Source: an uncultured bacterium
Lineage (GTDB): Bacteria > Planctomycetota > UBA1135 > GCA-002686595
Direction of reading: 5' to 3'
Length of the DNA: 64,000 bases
Assembly: GCA_943787795.1 (NCBI GenBank)
Contig: CALSNU010000005.1
Location: 96,001 to 160,000, forward strand
Numbering within the stretch: the first letter of the stretch is position 1; every line of letters starts with the position of its first letter. Made by a program: the position numbers and the translations under genes. The notes below the pieces were generated by a model. The model ran no database searches and had not been told where the DNA came from. It worked only from the letters and a program-made list of their open reading frames with translations. This document shows positions 1 to 7,892 of this stretch, one piece after another.

Positions 1-203
1 AGCCGCTGGATCAGCTTGTTGTAGTGCTGACTGTAGTTCGAGCCGAACTCTCGCACGACCTCCTGCAGTTCCGCCGCGATCTCCTCGTGGCTCGCATCGA
101 GCCCCGTTTCGATCATGGCGTCGACCGCGCGGGCGCGTGCGTTCTTCGCGAACTCCGTGGTGGAGAAGAGGGTGTCGTCAATGTCGAAGAGGACGGCCTT
201 CAT
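1..203 (-). CDS. HAD-superfamily hydrolase, TIGR02253-like (5' part only, runs off window)
   Basis: Manual translation from ATG 203: MKAVLFDIDDTLFSTTEFAKNARARAVDAMIETGL...FGSNYSQHYNKLIQR; HAD motif I DxDDT. Not in the ORF track because it is truncated. Confidence 0.85.
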   Translation of the reverse strand, partial: MKAVLFDIDDTLFSTTEFAKNARARAVDAMIETGLDASHEEIAAELQEVVREFGSNYSQHYNKLIQR

Positions 204-374
204 GTCGTGATGGGGGGGGCGGAGGGGCGGGCGCTTCTATTGTGCACGGGGTCCGTGCATCTGATCCATCGGAACCGCCGCGGCGGCACACGCACCGATT
301 CCGAGGAACCGCTGGTGGACCCTGCTGGCGGGCCTTGCCGGGCCTCCCTGGGCCTCAAGAAGCTTCACCAATAA

Positions 375-410
375 GAGAGCCCGGCGACCTAGAAGGTTCG
401 CCGGGCTCTC
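375..410 (-). terminator. Rho-independent terminator after the secretin gene
   Basis: 13-bp inverted repeat GAGAGCCCGGCGA/TCGCCGGGCTCTC followed on the minus strand by TTATT, 40 nt after the stop at 451. Confidence 0.75.
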
Positions 411-450
411 CGGTTCGTTCCAGGAGCGGGCCACGTGGGCCCGCAACCGA

Positions 451-3102
451 TCACTGGGACTCGAGCGAGTTCGCGACCGACTCGCGGATGTTGGTGATCG
501 TGGCCTTGACCAGCACCATGAGTGAGCTGCGCTCGTCGTTGAAGCCCTCGCTCTTGAAGAGGAAGCCAAGGACCGGGATCTGCCCAATCCACGGGACTTC
601 CGCGCGGCGCTCAATGTTGCGGATCCGGGACAGCCCGCCCAGGAGCAGCGAGCCGCCATCCGGGAGGAAGGCGCTCGTGTTCACGCTCTGGACCTCAAGC
701 TCGGGGAGCTGGAACTCGACCGGGGCGGTGTTGCCACCGAGGGTGGTCGAGAAGTTCCGGAGCGCGACAACCTTGGCCACGGTGGGCTGAATCTCGAGCC
801 GCAGCCACTGGCGGTTCTCGAGGATGGTGGGTCGCACGTCGAGGACCACGCCCTCGTTGAGGACGTTGACCACCGGGTCGGCGACCGCCTGGAACTGGGC
901 GACCTCAACGTCGAAGTCCTGGATGTAGGCGCGCTGGTTCAGCACCGCCACGTAGGCGCGCTGGGAGTCCTGGACGCTGAGCATCTGGCTGTTGACGATC
1001 TCGCTCTTCTCGCTCTTCTCCACGGCGCGGAGAATCGAGGAGACCTCCGAGTCGTCGAAGAAGGTCATCTGGAAGCTCAGGCCCCCGATGGTGCTCAGGC
1101 TGCTGCCGAGAGCCGTCTCGAAGAAGTTCTGCGTGGTCGCGCTGAAGGCGCCGTCCAGGCCATCGTCGAAGAAGAGACCCGCGCTGGGCGCGCCGGCCGC
1201 GTTCGTGCCGTCCGTGCCCGTGCCGCCGTTGTCGAGGCCGAGCGATGCCTGGTCCTCGAGGCCGTTCGTGACGTCCTCCAGCACCCGGTCATCCAGGCCG
1301 CGGAAGTCGTTCCCGATCTCCTGAATGAAGTTGTCGGTGACCTCGAGGAACTTGGACTCGATGGTGACGAGCGACGAGTTGAAGCGACGGAGGTCGTTCA
1401 GGAACTCGACGATCTGCATCTGGACCTCAGGGGTCTGGGTGACGAGCAGGTTGGTCTCGCCGACCTCGATGCCAACACCTTCCACTTCCCAGGAGTCCGG
1501 CGCGACGGTGTCCGTGATCAGCGTCTGGAGGTTCTCCAGCTCGATGATCCGCGGTGCCTCGCCGATGGCGCCGAAGGGGCCGCCGCCGTCGTCGTCCTCG
1601 AGCTGGTCGATCAGACGGATCCGGTCGATGCGCGGGCCCTGGAAGTCCGTGAGCGCGAAGATCAGGTCGGACACGTCGTGCACGACCGGCTCCGGTGCAC
1701 CGACGGCCTTCTCGGCGCTGGTGACGAGGACCGCGTCGAACATGATCGTCCAGCGGATCTCTTCGCCTGATGCGGCGACGATCCGGTTGATCGCCTGCTC
1801 GGCGGACAACTCGTTCTGGAAGTTGAAGTTGTAGACGACGCCCTCATCAGAGACGAGGTCCTCGGCGGCCTGGTCGACAATGATGGGGAGGTTTGTGAAG
1901 TCGGCGACGTAGCCCATCACGACCTTCAGGCTCTCCTCGTCCTCGATGCTCGGCAGCGTCACCTTGGTGGTAGCGAGCGCCGTCCGAAGCTCCGCCTCGA
2001 TGGGGGAGATCTTCTTCGAGGGGTTGTAGACGCGCTTGGAGCGGAGGATCGACTTGCGGCGCCACTCGTCGGCGTCGGGAAGCGTGATGATCTCGTTGCG
2101 GGCGATCCGCATCTCCTCGAGCTGCTCGCGGTACTCCTTGAACTGCTCGCTCTTCTTGACGATGTAGTCCGCCTGAACCTGCTGACGGCTGGCCCGGAAG
2201 GCCGCCGTGCGGATCTCTTCGGCCTGGTCGTTCCTCGGCTGCTTGGTGAGCGCGAGGCGAGCGGCCTCTTCAGCGTCCCGGTATCGGCCTTCTTCGAACG
2301 CCGTCGCAGCCTCGGTGACGATGAGGTCGACCTGGGCCTGCTGGCGGTCCGCCTCGGCGGTCTCCTTCTGCTTGAGCATCTCGAAGGCCTCCCTCCGAGT
2401 CATGTCCTTCTCGGACTTCTCAGCAACGCTGCGCTCTTGCTCGGTTTGCGCGAGGAGATCGCGGACCTCGACGTCCGTGCCTTCCCAGTCGATGTCGTAT
2501 CCACCGACCTCGATCTTGGTTCGGGCAAGCCGCAGCTCGGCGATGGCGCCGGCGTAGTCGCCGCGCTGCTTCATCATCTTGGCGTCGCTCAGGTCCTGGC
2601 GGACGGCGACCTTGAGCTGCTCGAGCTTCAGCGAGAACCGGGAGGCTTCCGCGTCGCCGATGGCGTTGACGCCGTCGGGGCGGTCGAGCAACGCGGCCAG
2701 TTCGGCGCGCATTCGCTTCGCCTCAAGGCTCTCGCCGTTGATGGCGAGCGCTCGATCGACCTGGGCCAACGCCTCTTCGAGCATGAGCTGTTGCTTCATC
2801 TCGGAGGCGCGTGCCATGGCGGAGTCGAAGAGCAGCCTGTTCTTCTGCTCGCGCAGGGTCAGGAGCTCAGCGTCGTCCCCGGCCTGATCATCCTGCGCGG
2901 CGGCAGCGCCGCCAGCGCGTTCGATCGTGGAGGGGTCGATAGTGGCGCGGCGACCTTCGCTGGTCGTGCTGACTTCGGCGTCCTGGGGGGCCTCGGAAGA
3001 GGTCGAAGCGCATCCCAGGAGAGCCATAGAGGCGCTGCCGGAGATGAGCAGGAAGGACACGTTGAGGGCGGGGCCGGTGATCCTCATGCGGGGAAGACTC
3101 AC
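451..3102 (-). CDS. Secretin-domain outer-membrane protein with N-terminal TPR/coiled-coil region, probable lipoprotein
   Basis: Lipobox LLGC; C-terminal secretin motifs (EGVVLDVRP, LPDGGSLLLGGL, VPWIGQIPVLGFLF, LMVLVKA); helical TPR-like N-terminus. Start may be ATG 3087. Confidence 0.85.
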   Translation of the reverse strand: MSLPRMRITGPALNVSFLLISGSASMALLGCASTSSEAPQDAEVSTTSEGRRATIDPSTIERAGGAAAAQDDQAGDDAELLTLREQKNRLLFDSAMARASEMKQQLMLEEALAQVDRALAINGESLEAKRMRAELAALLDRPDGVNAIGDAEASRFSLKLEQLKVAVRQDLSDAKMMKQRGDYAGAIAELRLARTKIEVGGYDIDWEGTDVEVRDLLAQTEQERSVAEKSEKDMTRREAFEMLKQKETAEADRQQAQVDLIVTEAATAFEEGRYRDAEEAARLALTKQPRNDQAEEIRTAAFRASRQQVQADYIVKKSEQFKEYREQLEEMRIARNEIITLPDADEWRRKSILRSKRVYNPSKKISPIEAELRTALATTKVTLPSIEDEESLKVVMGYVADFTNLPIIVDQAAEDLVSDEGVVYNFNFQNELSAEQAINRIVAASGEEIRWTIMFDAVLVTSAEKAVGAPEPVVHDVSDLIFALTDFQGPRIDRIRLIDQLEDDDGGGPFGAIGEAPRIIELENLQTLITDTVAPDSWEVEGVGIEVGETNLLVTQTPEVQMQIVEFLNDLRRFNSSLVTIESKFLEVTDNFIQEIGNDFRGLDDRVLEDVTNGLEDQASLGLDNGGTGTDGTNAAGAPSAGLFFDDGLDGAFSATTQNFFETALGSSLSTIGGLSFQMTFFDDSEVSSILRAVEKSEKSEIVNSQMLSVQDSQRAYVAVLNQRAYIQDFDVEVAQFQAVADPVVNVLNEGVVLDVRPTILENRQWLRLEIQPTVAKVVALRNFSTTLGGNTAPVEFQLPELEVQSVNTSAFLPDGGSLLLGGLSRIRNIERRAEVPWIGQIPVLGFLFKSEGFNDERSSLMVLVKATITNIRESVANSLESQ

Positions 3103-3882
3103 GTCGAATGCAAGGAGGTGGGGGGAGGAAGCGTGGAGGTGTCGAGACCTCTGCAGCTACCGGTAGAAAATCGATTGGCTACCGGGGATTAGCCGGATCG
3201 CAGTCGACGAACTTTGGGGGGGGAGGGACACGCGGACCAGGGCGTTCTCTGTTGGGAGGTCACCGACGGGCCGAGATCGACAGCAGCTGGGGAGCCACCG
3301 CGCCCGAACTCTCTTTCCAGTGGACGCGTGCTGCGTTTGCCGGGAAGAAGGAATGGGTCCAAGAGAGTAAGGAAGGGGTCGGGGACCGTCAAAGGCCCTG
3401 AGGCGAATCACCCCCATGAACTGAGGTCGGCCGGGGCACCTCGCCGCCGGGTAGAGGGGGTCCAGCAGGCCGCGGAGTTGGGACCGCGCCACGTGGGACT
3501 CGGCCGTCACTGGACGGATAGGGCAATGGATTGGCGAACCGGGCGGGGGAGGGGGCGCCGCTGGTCCGCCTCGCTGCCTCGGTGATCGGCAGCCCGGCCG
3601 ACGGGGGCCACGGGGAGAGAGCGACTCGGAGGGCGGCGGAGAGGTGATGCAGCGCCCTTTGCTCCCAAGAGGAGGGGGCCGATCCGAGATTGAAGCTTGG
3701 GGTCGGAGGGGGGGCGTAGTGCCTTGAGCCCCGGGGGCCCGGGGGCCTGGGGGCCGGGGCGAACACAAGAACTGGAGTCGATCCTGGGCGAGCCGGAGTG
3801 GATCTCGAGTGAGAGTGGGGCGGGGAGATCGCGAGGTGCCCCGCCGGCCAACTCACCGGGCCAGCGGCTCAAGGCTCGGGTG

Positions 3883-3957
3883 GTCGATCTGGAGCCCGTT
3901 GATCTGGAGGCTGTCGATCTTGAGCCCGTCGATCTGGGGTCCGTCGATCTGGGGTCC
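3883..3957. repeat. 15-bp tandem repeat x5 (GTCGATCTGGRGYCC-like)
   Basis: gtcgatctggagccc gttgatctggaggct gtcgatcttgagccc gtcgatctggggtcc gtcgatctggggtcc. Confidence 0.85.
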
Positions 3958-4189
3958 AGGGGCAGCGCTGAGCGGACGGTGACCGGGGTCTGCCCGCGCC
4001 CGAGGGTGCGTTGGGCTTGCGTCTTGTGGAGCGCCTCCGACTCGATCGGGGCCTGAAGGCGATGCCCGCGCGGAGCGATCTCCCCTCGTGGTCCTCCGGG
4101 AGAGGCTCATCCCCTTGCTCGCCTTGGGGTTCACGCTCCGCCACGGCCCCCTCGAGGCTCCCACCCCACAGCGAGCCCCAAGTCCCTTC

Positions 4190-4260
4190 CCGGGGAGCCT
4201 CCTTTCAACCGGGGAGCCTCCTTTCAGCCGGGGAGCCTCCGTTCCACCGGGGAGCTCCTG
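4190..4260. repeat. 19-bp tandem repeat x3 plus partial copy (CCGGGGAGCCTCCTTTCAA-like)
   Basis: Read directly in the intergenic region downstream of exbD. Confidence 0.85.
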
Positions 4261-4424
4261 CCCAGGGGAAGCCCCCTGGTCCGATGGGAGACTCTGCTCC
4301 CGAGGGGAGATCCGATGCTCACCAAGATGAGCAGCACCCCCAGGCGATGGATCGCCTGGGGGTGCTGCCGGGATGGGCCGCCGGTGGCGGACCGAGAGGC
4401 CTCTGGGGCCAAGACCTCTCGCGA

Positions 4425-4964
4425 TCAGCGCTCGAACGAGCCCTTGAACGTGATGTCCGTGTACCCGGCGTCCATCGCGGCGTCGAGCACGAGGACCACA
4501 TCGAGGTTGTTGATGTCCGTCCGGGGGTCGATCGTGGCCTTCTTCTCGGGCTCGGCTTTGATGAAGGCCTTGAGTGAGTCGACGACCTCCGACAGCTCGC
4601 TGGTCCGCTTGGAACCCACGGTGTACCGGATGACCCGCGAGCCGGGCTTGTAGACGAAGCGGCGGTTGGCCTCGACGTCGTCATCCGTGTAGGGCACGAG
4701 GCCGTCCCGGGTCACGCGCATCTTCTCGCCGGGCTGCAGCACGTCGAGGCGGATGTCGACCTTCTCGACCGGCTCAGCCTGGCTCGTGTTGACGCCCACG
4801 TCCTTCGGGAGGTACGCGCCGAGCTTGCCTTCGAGCACTTTGAACTTCAGCGTGCACATGAAGAAGATGAGCAGCAGGAAGGTGACGTCGATCATCGGCG
4901 TCATCTGCAGCTCGCACTTCTCGTTCATGATCTCGCCGAGGGCGCTTCCTTTCTTCTTGGCCAT
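4425..4964 (-). CDS. exbD: ExbD/TolR-family biopolymer transport protein
   Basis: MTPMIDVTFLLLIFF TM with the conserved Asp; C-terminal VVLVLDAAMDAGYTDITF. Confidence 0.9.
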   Translation of the reverse strand: MAKKKGSALGEIMNEKCELQMTPMIDVTFLLLIFFMCTLKFKVLEGKLGAYLPKDVGVNTSQAEPVEKVDIRLDVLQPGEKMRVTRDGLVPYTDDDVEANRRFVYKPGSRVIRYTVGSKRTSELSEVVDSLKAFIKAEPEKKATIDPRTDINNLDVVLVLDAAMDAGYTDITFKGSFER

Positions 4965-5025
4965 GTCTATTTGACTCCCTTGTGTTGGGGGCGGACCGAG
5001 CGGGCGAGCGAGCTCGCCCCGCCGG

Positions 5026-5535
5026 TCACTCGCCGCCCTCGTTGGTGTCGGGGGTGGAGACGGCGAGTTGCAGCTTCCAGATCTGCGTTCCGTCCTGACC
5101 GCAGCGCTCCATGATGTACTGCACGTACTTGAACGGCGTGACCTGGTCCGCGCGGATCAGGACGGGCTCATCGGGCACTTCGATGTTGCTCCCGGGGGCG
5201 ATCGGAGCGCGCTCCATGTTGTCGGCGGCGAACTTCAGCCACTTATCGAGGTCGTTCCACTTCTCCGGGCCGAGGTTCACGTCCGGGTCGAAGTAGGTCT
5301 TCTTCTTGATGATCATCGTCCCGTCGTGCGGGAGGTTGATGACCGGCCGCCACTCCTTGGGGTCGGGCTTATCCGGTTGGGCATGCTCAGCCACCGGGAG
5401 GTCAACGTCCTCCAGGTCCTGCTGGGTCATGTCCGTGATGATCATGAAGAAGATGATCAGGAGGAAGACGACGTCGATCATCGGCGTCATGTCCATCTCC
5501 ATCTCTGTCTCTGAGTCGTGCTTTGCCAGGTTCAT
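5026..5535 (-). CDS. exbD: ExbD/TolR-family protein (second paralog)
   Basis: MTPMIDVVFLLIIFF TM with the conserved Asp; DLP motif; VLIRAD motif. Confidence 0.9.
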   Translation of the reverse strand: MNLAKHDSETEMEMDMTPMIDVVFLLIIFFMIITDMTQQDLEDVDLPVAEHAQPDKPDPKEWRPVINLPHDGTMIIKKKTYFDPDVNLGPEKWNDLDKWLKFAADNMERAPIAPGSNIEVPDEPVLIRADQVTPFKYVQYIMERCGQDGTQIWKLQLAVSTPDTNEGGE

Positions 5536-5595
5536 GTGCAGTCTCCGTTGGAGCGTTCAGCGGCGCGTGGGCCTCTCTCTGAGTCGTGGTGTTGG

Positions 5596-5667
5596 CGGGG
5601 CGGGACAATCCCGACCCCGTTAGCCGGCGGCCGGCGGGTTCCCGGTGGGAGCCCCGCCGTCGCCGGC
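5596..5667. promoter_or_regulatory. Two adjacent GC-rich stem-loops between exbB and exbD
   Basis: cggggcggga-caa-tcccgaccccg (5596-5619) and gccggcggccggcgggttccc-ggt-gggagccccgccgtcgccggc (5623-5667). Confidence 0.5.
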
Positions 5668-5673
5668 AGCGGC

Positions 5674-6381
5674 TCAGGTCTGCGGGCGGAAGCGCTCGAA
5701 GAGGTCCTCGACGATGGCACCGGTCTCGATGATCGTCTTGATGAGGCGGTTGCGCAGGAAGGCGAAGGCCGCCGTCACCGGGATGGCAACGATCAGGCCG
5801 AGCATGGTGGTCAGGAGCGCCTGCGAGATACCGGCGGCGAGGTCGGCCGGGTTGGCCTGGCCCTGCGAGCGAGCGATCTCGTTGAACGCGGTGACCATGC
5901 CCATCACGGTGCCGAGCAGTCCCATCATGGGGGCCACGTTGGCGATCAGGGAGAGCCAGCCGATCTTCTGGTGGAGCTTGATCGACTCCTCGTCGCCCAT
6001 CTCCTCGAGCGACTTCTCAAGCACGTCGTAGGAGTGCCCGATCTTGGAGATGCCGGCGCCGCAGACGCGGGTGAAGTAGGTCTCTTCTTCCTCGCAGAGG
6101 TCCATGGCCTCCTGGAACTTCTCCTCGTTGAAGAGGACTTCGATGTCGTCGATGAGCTCCGGCGGTGCGAGCTTGTCGCGCTTCAGGGACATCGTGTTCT
6201 CGATGATCACCGCAAGCGCGACGATCGAGAGGAGCATGATGCACCAGCCGACCGGGCCAGCGTTCTTGAAGACGTCACCGGCCGTGGTGTTCTGGGCCAT
6301 GGCCGGAGTCGCCGTCGAAAGGAAGACGAGGCCGGCAGCAGCTGCAGGTGCCAGTCGAGCGAGGAGGGAGTTCGCGTTCAT
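5674..6381 (-). CDS. exbB: MotA/TolQ/ExbB proton-channel protein
   Basis: APMMGLLGTVMGM and GISQALLTTMLGLIVAIP motifs; N-terminal signal-like segment ending AMA. Confidence 0.92.
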   Translation of the reverse strand: MNANSLLARLAPAAAAGLVFLSTATPAMAQNTTAGDVFKNAGPVGWCIMLLSIVALAVIIENTMSLKRDKLAPPELIDDIEVLFNEEKFQEAMDLCEEEETYFTRVCGAGISKIGHSYDVLEKSLEEMGDEESIKLHQKIGWLSLIANVAPMMGLLGTVMGMVTAFNEIARSQGQANPADLAAGISQALLTTMLGLIVAIPVTAAFAFLRNRLIKTIIETGAIVEDLFERFRPQT

Positions 6382-6669
6382 TGGGATGGCTGGGGGGCGT
6401 GTCGAGCCTCACCGAGACTCCGAAGAGCGGAGCGGAGAGCGTCGAGGGACCGTGGGCTCGCCGAACCCTGGAGGTGACCGGAAGGGACACCGGGGCGGCG
6501 AGGGGAGAATTGGATTGGGGTAGGGAGACCGGGGGGATCGAGTCCCGGTCGGACGGGAACCGCTCGCAGAGATGCATGCGGAGCCCGAGGACTTGGTGGC
6601 TGCGGGCCCAGGGGCCGTTTTCCGGACAGAGAACGTACCGCCCGCTGGGCCATCGGCAACCGTGATGTT

Positions 6670-7836
6670 TTACAACGATTCGAGAAGTTGCGCCGCCTTG
6701 CGTGCCGAAGGCGTCGCGCCGTACTGAGACGCCACGTTCCTGAGGGCTGTCTTCGCGGCGTTGGCGTCCCCGGGCTCACCGGCGGCGATGCCCGCTTCGG
6801 CGAGCCCGACCAGCGCTTCCGCCCTGCGGTCAGCTGACGTGTGATCGAGGCCTGCGACCCAGGCGAACTCGAACTGAGCCTTGCGGAGGTCGCCCTCTGC
6901 GAGCCAGGCGTGCCCGAGCCCGAGGTGGGCGGCCGCCATGCCGGCCGAGGTCTCGCTGCTCTTGGCGGCGGACTCGAAGGTCCGGCGGACGCTCTTGGCG
7001 TCACCGGAGGCGGCCTTGGTGATCGCCTCGCCCATGCCCGCGACCTCGGCACCAGCAGCCGCAGCGGCGGCCACGGCGGCGTTCTCGCTCTCGACGGCTC
7101 CGAAGGCTGCGGCCGCGAGGTCGAAGAGCTCCCGGGCGCCGACGTTGTCGCCGGCGCTGATGGCGGCGTAGGCGGCCTGCATTGCAGCGTCCGCGGTCGC
7201 GATGGCGGAGTAGCCCTCCGCTCCGCCCTTGCCCGTCTCAAAGAGCGCGCGATACCCGTCCCGGGCAGCGGCGGCGTCGCCGTTCAGCCACTGGGCGCGG
7301 GACTTCATGGCGAGGACCATGGGGACCTGCCGCGCGGAGGGGAAGTCGGTCATGAAGCGGTCGCACTCGCTGGCGACGTCCCCGAACCGGGTCATGTCCG
7401 TGGCGGCCAGCGCCATGAGCGAGGTGGCCGCCTGCAGGCGGGCCTCGGCTCGCAGGGGATCGCGCACCTCGGAGTCGCCCGCGGCCTCCTGGAAGCTCTG
7501 CACGGCCTCTTCCCAGGCGCCCCGGCCCGCGTAGGTTCCGCCGTCACTGAAGGCGCTGGAGCCGCTGCCCCATGCGATCTGAATCACCTCGGCCGACTTG
7601 ATCGAGATCTCCCGTCCATCGCGCCGGGTCACCTTCACGTTGTCGAGACCATCCTTGGTGACCGTCCCGGTGACGGTGCTGGCCTTGTTGGTCTTCGGGT
7701 TCACACGGAACACCTGGTCCGGCTTGGACTGAGGGGCCGCCAGTGCGGGGGCCACCAGCATCGCGCAGGCAGCGAGCGCTGCGGGGGCGAGGCGTCGTAG
7801 GGAGCGGGGGAGCGTGGGGAGGGTGGCGATCTTCAT
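6670..7836 (-). CDS. Secreted/periplasmic TPR protein
   Basis: Signal peptide ending ALAA; Ala-rich TPR helices; C-terminal ASQYGATPSARKAAQLL resembling CpoB/YbgF-type TPR ends. Alternative TTG start at 7896. Confidence 0.7.
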   Translation of the reverse strand: MKIATLPTLPRSLRRLAPAALAACAMLVAPALAAPQSKPDQVFRVNPKTNKASTVTGTVTKDGLDNVKVTRRDGREISIKSAEVIQIAWGSGSSAFSDGGTYAGRGAWEEAVQSFQEAAGDSEVRDPLRAEARLQAATSLMALAATDMTRFGDVASECDRFMTDFPSARQVPMVLAMKSRAQWLNGDAAAARDGYRALFETGKGGAEGYSAIATADAAMQAAYAAISAGDNVGARELFDLAAAAFGAVESENAAVAAAAAAGAEVAGMGEAITKAASGDAKSVRRTFESAAKSSETSAGMAAAHLGLGHAWLAEGDLRKAQFEFAWVAGLDHTSADRRAEALVGLAEAGIAAGEPGDANAAKTALRNVASQYGATPSARKAAQLLESL

Positions 7837-7892
7837 CACAGTCTCGGGGAGATCGGGCGTCGCGGGGGCGTGGAGAGAGAGGGGGGAGGCGA

